Assembly: GCF_030651835.1 (NCBI RefSeq) | Contig: NZ_JAUSBX010000107.1 | Span: 3-64,002, forward strand | Direction of reading: 5' to 3' | Length of the DNA: 64,000 nucleotides | Origin: Methylicorpusculum sp. | GTDB taxonomy: Bacteria > Pseudomonadota > Gammaproteobacteria > Methylococcales > Methylomonadaceae | Shown: positions 55,980 to 64,000 of the stretch, one piece after another | Layout: each line of letters starts with the position of its first letter | Numbering within the stretch: position 1 is the first letter of the stretch | Notes under the pieces: generated by a model | Databases searched by the model: none | What the model saw: only the letters and a program-made list of their open reading frames with translations | What the model was told of the DNA's origin: nothing | Translations under genes and position numbers: made by a program

Positions 55980-58097
55980 TTATGTTTTACGGGGTAGAAA
56001 AATCTGAAAGCTTGTTCCTGCGCCAGGCACAGAACTACAACTTATCGTACCGGATAATTCATCGGCAAGATTTTTGGCAATAGTCAGGCCAAGTCCTGAG
56101 TGCCCTGCACCTTTAGTACTGATCACGGGGCTGAACAAGTTATTGCTGATCTTTTCCGGAAAACCGGGACCATCATCTTTTATTTCAATTTGAACGCAGC
56201 ATTTACTGCCCAGATAAACCCGGTCCTGGGTAGTAATCGTGACATCCCCCCCCCCGGAAGAGAGGGCTTCGGCTGCGTTTTTGATCAAATTAGTCAATAA
56301 CTGTTTAAGTTTGGGTTTGCTTAGCGCTATTTTTGGGAGCTTATCATCCAGCTTTAAAACTGAATTCACTCGATAAGACGTAAACAGACCGCCTTTAAAC
56401 AATGAGACCAGATCTTGTATCAAGACGTTAATATCAACGAGGTCGTTGTCCTCGTTGATAGCCCCCTGAGTATCCGAAAGGGTAAGAATCAACTCACCGA
56501 CACGATTGATTTCCTGCTGGATAAGCCCTATTTCCTGAGGACTGTTCTCTCCGAGTTTTTGGCCCAGTAAATAAAGATAATTATTGATAATACTCAGCGG
56601 ATTATTGGCCTCGTGTATAACCTTTTTTGCCTGTAGCTGAAAATCTGTCTGAATAGTATTGAGGCGGTCAAGAATGAGCTCATCAATCTGACGGTGATTT
56701 AAAAAAGATTGTGCCGCTTCGCCTGAAAACATCGCAATCAGGCCCAGCTTAGCTTTCAATTTAGGCAGATCGGTTGCTTCTAATCCTGCTGCAACCACGC
56801 CCAAACAGTGATTTTTTGCAATCAACGGAATCACCACCATGCCTTGAGCTGCCAGCAGACGGCAAATTTGACGGTCGACAACAGGAAACGGGTCCGGCAG
56901 TACCGTGTTAAACGAATCCAGTATCCGTTTTTGTAACAAGGCATTGGCAGCCAGACTCCGATTTTCTTTAAAATCGATCGATAGCTTGGATAAAGTCTCG
57001 TCTTTTGATGAGGAATAGCCCTCGAGCACCATGTTTTCCTTGTTTAACAGAAAAACAGCGGTTGCGCTGAATCCGAACAGCACTTTTAAATCTCGGCGCA
57101 TCTTGCCGATGACATCATCGATCTGGTCGGAGTAGTCATTATTACGAGTTATTGCGCCGATGAATGCCAAATCCTTTGTGTGCTCTCCCAAACGTTTCAA
57201 AATGGCATTGCGCTGATCCACCCTGGCTTTAATGACCGCCGTGCTGTCGTCCCGTTTAACGAGTGAGATACCTAAACTTCCCGCGGTTTTATTCACTTGC
57301 GCCATCACATCGGATGATATTTCCTCCAACAAGGGCTGACTCAGCCCGAATAATGCATAGCCGCTTTCAAAAACCCGTGCCTCGCGTGGGCTATCGAAGC
57401 GGCTTAATTGTGCTGCCAAGTTAACCAGTTTGACTAACGCAGAACTGTCCAAAATAGCGGATATTTCTTGGTTTTGATAATGAACAGCATCGGCAATGAA
57501 TCCTTGAACATTCCAGGTATCTATTATATGAGCTCCAATTTCATTATGGGAAATGCCGATAGCCTTTTTTTCAAGCACCTCGATAACGTCTTCGGAATGC
57601 TCGCTTAACAAGGCAGAGTATTCTTTGGGAAAACATTGCAGTAAGACCAATTGTCCCAAACGGTGCAGCAATCCGGTCAAATAAGCTTGATCAGGTGAGA
57701 CAAAACCAGTCAATTTGGCAAGCCTTCGTGCGAAATGAGCACAAGCCAGCGATCTGAACCAGATGACTTCAAGAAAGTTTTGCTGAGAGGCCGGTATCTG
57801 ACTAAAAAACTGCTGAGTCGCACTGGTCATCGTTATGGTCTTTAAGGTTTCCAGACCCAAAACCACCACTACCCGGTTTAAATTCTTCAGCTCTCCGAAC
57901 TGCTGATAGAAAGACGAATTAGCCGCCGCTAAAACCTTTGAACTTAGCCCTGCATCCTGTGCAATAATCCGGGTTAAATCATCAAAGCTGGTTTGCTGAT
58001 TTTGAAAAGCCTCGATCAGGCTCAACAATACTTTAGGAATAGCAGGAAGCTGATGAGTATCAATCCGGGCAAGAATTTTTAACAAGGCAGCATCCAT
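55980..58097 (-). CDS. Cytoplasmic HDOD-GAF-histidine kinase
   Basis: HDOD (LPAIP...DAGLSSKVL.AANS...GLLHRLG), GAF, HEANNPL H-box, NAAEA N-box, DDGPG and GLGL. Confidence 0.85.
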   Translation of the reverse strand: MDAALLKILARIDTHQLPAIPKVLLSLIEAFQNQQTSFDDLTRIIAQDAGLSSKVLAAANSSFYQQFGELKNLNRVVVVLGLETLKTITMTSATQQFFSQIPASQQNFLEVIWFRSLACAHFARRLAKLTGFVSPDQAYLTGLLHRLGQLVLLQCFPKEYSALLSEHSEDVIEVLEKKAIGISHNEIGAHIIDTWNVQGFIADAVHYQNQEISAILDSSALVKLVNLAAQLSRFDSPREARVFESGYALFGLSQPLLEEISSDVMAQVNKTAGSLGISLVKRDDSTAVIKARVDQRNAILKRLGEHTKDLAFIGAITRNNDYSDQIDDVIGKMRRDLKVLFGFSATAVFLLNKENMVLEGYSSSKDETLSKLSIDFKENRSLAANALLQKRILDSFNTVLPDPFPVVDRQICRLLAAQGMVVIPLIAKNHCLGVVAAGLEATDLPKLKAKLGLIAMFSGEAAQSFLNHRQIDELILDRLNTIQTDFQLQAKKVIHEANNPLSIINNYLYLLGQKLGENSPQEIGLIQQEINRVGELILTLSDTQGAINEDNDLVDINVLIQDLVSLFKGGLFTSYRVNSVLKLDDKLPKIALSKPKLKQLLTNLIKNAAEALSSGGGDVTITTQDRVYLGSKCCVQIEIKDDGPGFPEKISNNLFSPVISTKGAGHSGLGLTIAKNLADELSGTISCSSVPGAGTSFQIFLPRKT

Positions 58098-58103
58098 AAG
58101 CTT

Positions 58104-58622
58104 TTACCGGACCGTGGCTGAGGTGTTACTTGCCATGGATCGCTGACTAGTCCGCATATAAGTTTCCTGTATGATCAACGCATCGGCGCTGGCTCTATGA
58201 CGGCTCAATTGTAAATCAGAAATAACCTGTAATTTGGTTTCTTGCCACATGTTCATTTGCGCTTCATTCAAGATCATTTCAAGATCTCTCATACTAAATA
58301 GCGTTTTAAAACCCGCGGTCTGAAATAAATTATCCAGCCAGGGCTTGTCTATACTGCAACAATCGGTGTAAACAGTGTCTCCTGATAAAATTTTATTGAT
58401 GTCCTCAGCCACCTTATCAACTGATTGTCCATTGGCAATGAGTGTCTGCCGAGTAATGCCATGAACTTTTTCGGCTTCTTCATCCCAATGCTGCCACTCA
58501 GGCGCCGGCTTGATCAAGCTGCAATATTTTTTACCACAAGCCAAAACAATCCCGATTTCGATTGGGTAACTCATTTTTCCAAATCCTGAAGCTTCGATAT
58601 CAATAACACTGGGCTTGAACAA
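58104..58622 (-). CDS. DEDDh 3'-5' exonuclease-like protein
   Basis: IDIEASG ExoI motif, HGIT, HRASADA ExoIII motif. Confidence 0.75.
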   Translation of the reverse strand: MFKPSVIDIEASGFGKMSYPIEIGIVLACGKKYCSLIKPAPEWQHWDEEAEKVHGITRQTLIANGQSVDKVAEDINKILSGDTVYTDCCSIDKPWLDNLFQTAGFKTLFSMRDLEMILNEAQMNMWQETKLQVISDLQLSRHRASADALIIQETYMRTSQRSMASNTSATVR

Positions 58623-58772
58623 AAAAACTCCCTGCTTGATTTAGATGAAATGATTGATAGGCTTTTCGCTAATGAAGTTTAGAATAAAAAACTAATTTTA
58701 GGCCCAAAATAGCCCTAGAAAACGCTTTATTTTGGAAAAGCACTTTTTAATCATTACAGCAGAATAATAAAA

Positions 58773-59654
58773 ATGGCTAATATTCTCATCGCCGGCTGCG
58801 GCGATATAGGCATCCGCCTTGCCGGATTATTGCACCGGAAAAATCACCAAGTAACGGGCATAAGAAGACATCCCCCAGAAAATTTGAATGAAACCGTTAA
58901 TTTCTATCAAGCGGACCTTACTGAAACGTCAAGTTTTGCTGCTCTGCCTCTAAATTTTGACGAGGTGGTTTTTATGCCCACGCCGGGGCAGAGAAGTCTG
59001 GCCAGTTATCAGGCTGTTTATGATACGGCTTTGGAAAACCTGCTAAAGCATTTCGAAAAAGCGGAACGCCCGCCGCACTGGTTTTTTATTTCCTCCACCA
59101 GTGTTTACGGACAATCGAACGGGGAATGGATTGATGAAGATTCTGTCACTGAAGCTAATACGCCGTCAGGACAAATTATCCGTCGCGCTGAGCTTAGGCT
59201 TTTAACGGTTTTACCGGATACCACGATTGTTCGATTTTCCGGTATTTACGGACCCGGCCGCGAATACTTACTGAACTCAGCCCGGACTGCACCAGAAATT
59301 ATGCGTGATCCGCCTTACTATACTAATCGCATTCATCAGGACGATTGCGCAGGTGTTCTGGACTTTCTTATCGGCTTGCGCTTAAAGGGTGAAAAATTAG
59401 CGACTTATTATCTGGCAAGTGATGATAACCCCGCCCCCCAATGGGAGGTTGTAAGCTGGATGACAGAACAACTGGGGTGCCTGCCACCTGCTGTCAAGCC
59501 ACCATCGACTCCGCCCGATCTCAACAAACGCTGTGATAACAAACGCCTAAAAGCATTGGGTTATCAATTAATTTACCCTGATTACCGTAATGGTTATTTG
59601 CCGATGATTCAAAAAATAGTCACTGATCAAATCAGTTCTGCAGCGGCCAAATGA
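58773..59654 (+). CDS. Atypical SDR / NAD-dependent epimerase (YeeZ-like)
   Basis: AGCGDIG, FISSTSVYG, RFSGIYGPGR, NRIHQDD. Confidence 0.85.
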   Translation: MANILIAGCGDIGIRLAGLLHRKNHQVTGIRRHPPENLNETVNFYQADLTETSSFAALPLNFDEVVFMPTPGQRSLASYQAVYDTALENLLKHFEKAERPPHWFFISSTSVYGQSNGEWIDEDSVTEANTPSGQIIRRAELRLLTVLPDTTIVRFSGIYGPGREYLLNSARTAPEIMRDPPYYTNRIHQDDCAGVLDFLIGLRLKGEKLATYYLASDDNPAPQWEVVSWMTEQLGCLPPAVKPPSTPPDLNKRCDNKRLKALGYQLIYPDYRNGYLPMIQKIVTDQISSAAAK

Positions 59655-61404
59655 AAGGAATGAGCCCCACTGTCGTTATAGCGGTGATAATATTCATAGG
59701 CACGCCGACTCGTAAAAAGTCTTTGAAATGGTAACCGCCAGGCCCGTAGACCATCAGGTTGGTCTGATAACCCAAAGGCGTTGCAAAACTAGCTGACGCT
59801 CCCATCATTGTAGCAAACACAAAAGGTTCAGGATTTAAACCCTGGCTGCCGGTAACTGCCAGCACGATCGGAAGCATCAGTAATGCGGCCGCATTATTGG
59901 TGATCACCTCAGTTAGAATTGACACGGTAACATAAGTTAATCCCAGTAAAATCCAGGGATTGCCGTCAGCAACTGATAAAATATGACGGGCTATAAAATC
60001 CGCCGCGCCACTGACCTGCAAGGCGTTACCCAAAGCAAAACTGGCAGCAATGCTGACCAGTACGGTCAAATCCAGACTACGTCTGGCCTCGGCTATACTG
60101 CAGCAGCCTGTCAATACGATGAGCGCTGCACCCACCAGGGCAGCATTCAACATGCTGGTCAACCCAAACGTTGCGGCACCGATGACTCCCAATAAAAGTA
60201 CCCACGCCAGTTTGGCGCGTTGATGATTCGGTCGAGTTTCTTCCAAATCATTGATTAACAAAAAATCGCGTTGTACCCGTTGCCGGGTAACAAATGCAGG
60301 CCGCGCTTCAAGTAATAATACGTCACCGGGCTGCAATTCGATTGATCCCAAATTACCCTGAATGGCTTCGCCGTCTCTGGCCACGGCAAGAACCACAGCA
60401 CCGTATCGATCGCGAAAATGACTGTCCCGAATAGCCTTGCCAATACTGTCACAACGCTGTGACACAACAGCCTCAACCAGACAGCGCTCCGGAGTGTCCT
60501 TATCTATTACGGGTGTCTGGCTATCCGATGGAACCAAGCCATTAATACGCAAAATATCAAAAATTGCGCTGGTCTCACCCACAAAGACTAACCTGTCCCC
60601 GCCCTGCAGTTTTTCCTCTGACGAAACCGCAGTCACAATACTTCCGTGACGTTCAATCTCAACCAGATAGATGCGCTGAAGGTTCCGTAACCCGGCCTTT
60701 GCAACGGTTACACCTTCCAGTGGTCCATTGTTCGCCACAGCCACTTCAAAGGTAAACTTTTTACGATCGGCAAACTGCTCGGCTGCACTTTGTCTGTTGG
60801 GCAACATAAAAGGCATGCATAACACAATAAATAAAACACCCACCACTGCGACAGGTAAACCAATCAAAGTGATATCAAACAACTCAAAGCCTTTTTTTCC
60901 CGTTAATGCTTGATATTGCCCATTCAGCACCAGGTTTGTGCTTGTTCCTATCAGTGTCAATGTCCCACCCAAAATGGCGGTATAACTGAGCGGTATCATT
61001 AATTTGGATGGCGCGATACCAATACGTTTGGACCAGCGAGTGACCGCAGGAATCATGGTCGCTACAACCGGCGTATTATTCAGGAATGCGCTTAAAGGTA
61101 TTAGCGGTAAAACCAATCTAAGCAAGGCACCTTGAGTCGTTTTCGGATTACCCAGCAATTGATTGACCACCATTTCGACGCCTCCTGTCGAGCTGATGCC
61201 AGCAGCGATAACAAACATAGCCGCCACCGTGATCAAGCCTTCGTTGCTAAATCCGGAAAGTGCTTGCTTGGGATCCAATACACCGGCGACACTCAATACA
61301 GTAAGTGCTACCATGAGCACCAAATCGGGCGTGAAACGTGAAAAAATCAGTGTCAATAAAACACCGGCAGTCAGTAAAACAGTAAGCCAACCGTGCCAAT
61401 CCAT
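59632..61404 (-). CDS. SLC13/CitMHS-family permease with two TrkA-C domains
   Basis: FLNNTP, GTSTNL, EVITNNAA, FATPLGYQTNLMVYGPGGY. Confidence 0.9.
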   Translation of the reverse strand: MDWHGWLTVLLTAGVLLTLIFSRFTPDLVLMVALTVLSVAGVLDPKQALSGFSNEGLITVAAMFVIAAGISSTGGVEMVVNQLLGNPKTTQGALLRLVLPLIPLSAFLNNTPVVATMIPAVTRWSKRIGIAPSKLMIPLSYTAILGGTLTLIGTSTNLVLNGQYQALTGKKGFELFDITLIGLPVAVVGVLFIVLCMPFMLPNRQSAAEQFADRKKFTFEVAVANNGPLEGVTVAKAGLRNLQRIYLVEIERHGSIVTAVSSEEKLQGGDRLVFVGETSAIFDILRINGLVPSDSQTPVIDKDTPERCLVEAVVSQRCDSIGKAIRDSHFRDRYGAVVLAVARDGEAIQGNLGSIELQPGDVLLLEARPAFVTRQRVQRDFLLINDLEETRPNHQRAKLAWVLLLGVIGAATFGLTSMLNAALVGAALIVLTGCCSIAEARRSLDLTVLVSIAASFALGNALQVSGAADFIARHILSVADGNPWILLGLTYVTVSILTEVITNNAAALLMLPIVLAVTGSQGLNPEPFVFATMMGASASFATPLGYQTNLMVYGPGGYHFKDFLRVGVPMNIITAITTVGLIPFIWPLQN

Positions 61405-61762
61405 TCTTTACTCTTAAGTTTTGAGAAACGCAATTTAATGCGGCATTATAAGATAAATTGATTTATTGAGTGCCGATTTTAGTCCATCGGCTATTGAGGG
61501 GTATTTGCCGCTTCTTATCACTGGATAAGGCAGAAAGAGTGGAATTCTCTATGTCAGAAACAATAAGGCAATGGGTAACCATTGACCCGTCAGAAGTACT
61601 TGATGATTGTCTGTATTGGTTAACAGCAAGGCCGCTGTTTAATTCGACAAGCTCGTATTTTGCCCCTTATCTGAAGGATCAATTAGAGCTCGTCGAATCA
61701 TAAGCAAAAATGAATTGATGCCCTTCCCTGGCACTATCTGCTGATTATCCTTCTGAAAGAAA

Positions 61763-62128
61763 TTAGCTCTTTCCCGGCAACATACCAACAGAACCCGGTT
61801 TTATGCGCTTGCACTCAACGACTACATCTTCCATGTGACAACGAAAACCGGTTTCTTTGGGGTTATCACAGGGCGTACAAACCGGTTTACCGGAATCTTT
61901 AATTTGTTCCAAATGCCAACCATAACCTTGAGTTTGGCAGAATTTTTTACTGAATCTTTTAATATTATAGTTTTTTGATGCGCTGGCTATTGCGGCTGAC
62001 TCTGCTTCACATTTAGCTGAAGGTAGCGTATTGGCCATCAGTTCACGATATATATAATCGGTTGCCAACGCATTGCCTGCCGTAAAAGTGAGTGAGGCTG
62101 CAAAAATTAGTTTTAAGATTTGTCTCAT
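61763..62128 (-). CDS. Secreted Cys-rich hypothetical protein
   Basis: Signal peptide ending ALA; six Cys residues. Confidence 0.7.
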   Translation of the reverse strand: MRQILKLIFAASLTFTAGNALATDYIYRELMANTLPSAKCEAESAAIASASKNYNIKRFSKKFCQTQGYGWHLEQIKDSGKPVCTPCDNPKETGFRCHMEDVVVECKRIKPGSVGMLPGKS

Positions 62129-62222
62129 AGTGATTTCCTGCTAAAGCGGTTAGGCTAAGCGCAACGATTTAAGTCATAAGTGATGCGTCTTGAATCAGTC
62201 AAAACGCTGATAGTGTTTGCCG

Positions 62223-62402
62223 TTACCTGTTACCTATAACCCGAATGTTCATTTGCTTTTCTTCCTCTATCAATTGTTGCTTGATAGGTTCGAATTTTTC
62301 ATTTTCATTCATTTTAACCATCAGTAAAACCGCCACTAATGAGAAAGTAAACAAGCCGACATATAACCAGAACCGGTCTTTTTTGGGTTCTTCTAGTATC
62401 AT
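62223..62402 (-). CDS. Small (59 aa) single-TM protein, not in the ORF track
   Basis: AGGAG RBS; MILEEPKKDRFWLYVGLFTFSLVAVLLMVKMNENEKFEPIKQQLIEEEKQMNIRVIGNR. Confidence 0.65.
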   Translation of the reverse strand: MILEEPKKDRFWLYVGLFTFSLVAVLLMVKMNENEKFEPIKQQLIEEEKQMNIRVIGNR

Positions 62403-62568
62403 AATTATCTCCTGATTAATGAGTATCTCTGTAAGCTATAAACTTGACCCGATATAAAAACAACACAGTAACTGCTTGTTTATTCGAGTAAAGTCCAACG
62501 CAAACGTTTATTTGCCATTTGGTAGTGCATCGATACTATAAGAAGCAATAAAGGAAATGTCAATAAAT

Positions 62569-62581
62569 TATCGATTCGATA
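62569..62581. promoter_or_regulatory. Palindrome, candidate second MarR operator
   Basis: TATCGA-T-TCGATA; shares the TCGATTCGA core with 63332-63346. Confidence 0.4.
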
Positions 62582-62706
62582 CGATGTATTTTATCGACAT
62601 AATCCACGGCAATCAGAAAAACCGTTTGACGTGAAAACATTCTCAATAGGGGAAATGGACTTGCTGAACCCCAACTTTATGGGGATGAGCAGCGAAAGAT
62701 ATAAAA

Positions 62707-63267
62707 TTAAAGAAGAGTATGTTCTTGACAGATTTTTTCACTGTCACTTTGGGTCAAGGTTTCTTTAGTTAATCCGCATAAAAAGCCGTCATTCGTATGC
62801 GTAAAGAACTTACACGTTTTACATAAACCAAAGGAATTGGATTTATGGGCTTTTTGCAATGCAGTCAACGCATTAATAAAAGGCTCTTCAGTTAAATCCG
62901 GATTATGTGCTTCCAAAAACAAACCCGCATTACTAAAAAGATCAGAGGGATAGGCTTGACCCAACATCAGTTGCCCCTCTTCCGTCAGGTAAAGATGAAC
63001 CATCCGCTTATCGGCTAAATCGGCTTCTTTTCTGACAAACCCTTTTCTTTCAAGCAAAAGAAGCGTTTGCGAAACAGTACCCTTGGTCATGCCCAAGTAA
63101 TTGGTCAACGCAACCGGTGTATTGCTGTATTTGTTGCAACGCGACAAATAATCCATGACTTGCAGATGCACCACCTGCAAACCCATTTCTGTGCAACGTT
63201 TTCGTTCTTCCGAACGAATTAATGCCGCCATTCGTTCAATTAACTTGTAAACATCAACTTTTTGCAT
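62707..63267 (-). CDS. MarR-family regulator with Cys-rich C-terminal extension
   Basis: wHTH (LTNYLGMTKGTVSQTL...DKRMVHLYLT), C-terminal CKTC...C...C. Confidence 0.88.
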   Translation of the reverse strand: MQKVDVYKLIERMAALIRSEERKRCTEMGLQVVHLQVMDYLSRCNKYSNTPVALTNYLGMTKGTVSQTLLLLERKGFVRKEADLADKRMVHLYLTEEGQLMLGQAYPSDLFSNAGLFLEAHNPDLTEEPFINALTALQKAHKSNSFGLCKTCKFFTHTNDGFLCGLTKETLTQSDSEKICQEHTLL

Positions 63268-63331
63268 AGAGCTTCTTAATTTTTTATAACTTAGTTGACA
63301 AATGAAATGGAACTAAAATACATTATGCCCT

Positions 63332-63346
63332 GTTTCGATTCGAAAC
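63332..63346. promoter_or_regulatory. Palindromic operator between divergent marR and the DUF2024 gene
   Basis: GTTTCGA-T-TCGAAAC, a perfect 7-bp inverted repeat. Confidence 0.55.
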
Positions 63347-63459
63347 TAAATGGCTTTTTGCCACCTTTTTTCAAATCCAGGATGGAATACAATTCCTCAA
63401 CCCCTTGTGGTTCAAGGCCGACAGTGTGTCGGCCTTCTTTTGGGAGCTTAGTAACGCTT

Positions 63460-63723
63460 ATGTCAATGTCTCATGTTTTTGATACCTACGCTAAAACAGC
63501 CAAAGGCCGGATAATGCACTTCGATGTTGTGCTCGATAAGAAAGATCCGGAGCAAGCCATCAACTATGCTAAAGAATGGTTAGCCAGCATTGGCGAATCG
63601 GACGCTATCGTTAATCAAACCAATTGTGTATTTTGCCATAGCGCCGAAGCGCCTACAGATATACGCAATGAAATCGATGCTAATGGCTATTGCATTCTGA
63701 AACTCGAAGGTTGTCCGAAATAG
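63460..63723 (+). CDS. DUF2024 family protein
   Basis: HVFDTYAKT..G.IMHFDV...CVFCHS...GC. Start at 63460 or 63466 after a GGGAG RBS, not 63295. Confidence 0.75.
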   Translation: MSMSHVFDTYAKTAKGRIMHFDVVLDKKDPEQAINYAKEWLASIGESDAIVNQTNCVFCHSAEAPTDIRNEIDANGYCILKLEGCPK

Positions 63724-63791
63724 ATACCTGTAATAGGCTGTGCGTTTATAGCAGGCCTCATTTGGCCTGCGCCAGCCTGAGAGACAAAAGA

Positions 63792-64000
63792 TCATCTAAT
63801 TGACAATCTCACACTGACCTCCGGATCACTCCTTTTAGGATCAAGTTCAGTTGACAGTAAAAATACCCTGTTACTGGCTACACCCAATTCCTGCAGATAT
63901 TTTGCAATATTGCCTGCGCGTAATACGGCAAGATCATTTAACCGTTGCTCTTCCGGCGGCAAAAGCGCCTCAAGTTTTTGCCGGGCAACTTCATAAAAAT
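63792..64000 (-). CDS. C-terminal end of a gene running off the window (possibly DUF748/OmpA-like)
   Basis: Open frame ...LNDLAVLRAGNIAKYLQELGVASNRVFL...VRLSIR*. Confidence 0.5.
   Translation of the reverse strand, partial: FYEVARQKLEALLPPEEQRLNDLAVLRAGNIAKYLQELGVASNRVFLLSTELDPKRSDPEVSVRLSIR

Overview
Bacterial chromosomal window whose gene content points to an aerobic gammaproteobacterial methanotroph (Methylococcales-like; this is an inference). From left to right: (1) a CoA-disulfide reductase/rhodanese gene and a B-family (ba3-type) heme-copper oxidase operon with a di-heme cytochrome c; (2) a contiguous sterol cluster of about 13 kb (CYP51-ferredoxin, an uncharacterised SnoaL/NTF2-like protein, oxidosqualene cyclase, squalene epoxidase, SdmB/SdmA C-4 demethylase, BstA/B/C sterol transport); (3) a 12.5-kb defence island bounded by a 33-bp direct repeat beside tRNA-Cys/tRNA-Gly. 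The island holds a type I R-M system with a Septu-like PtuA/PtuB pair between hsdS and hsdR, a RAYT transposase with REPs, a broken yhcG, an HTH-ImmA/IrrE + DUF4411 pair and an integrase remnant; (4) mixed genes: FimW-like protein, rfbB, a PedA1A2BC/Lut-like ABC system, PilZ, MOSC, Na/Pi transporter, glnS, an ABC exporter, a Met-rich periplasmic protein, a transporter-kinase fusion two-component system, c-di-GMP signalling genes, an SLC13 transporter, MarR and DUF2024. The intergenic DNA holds at least eight copies of a structured repeat in three MITE-like families. They have different outer arms but share a two-hairpin core with ANGGA-type loops (TwoAYGGAY-like, possible CsrA/RsmA sites), and one copy carries a nested antisense module. 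All calls come from manual motif reading and recalled family knowledge; no database searches were run.
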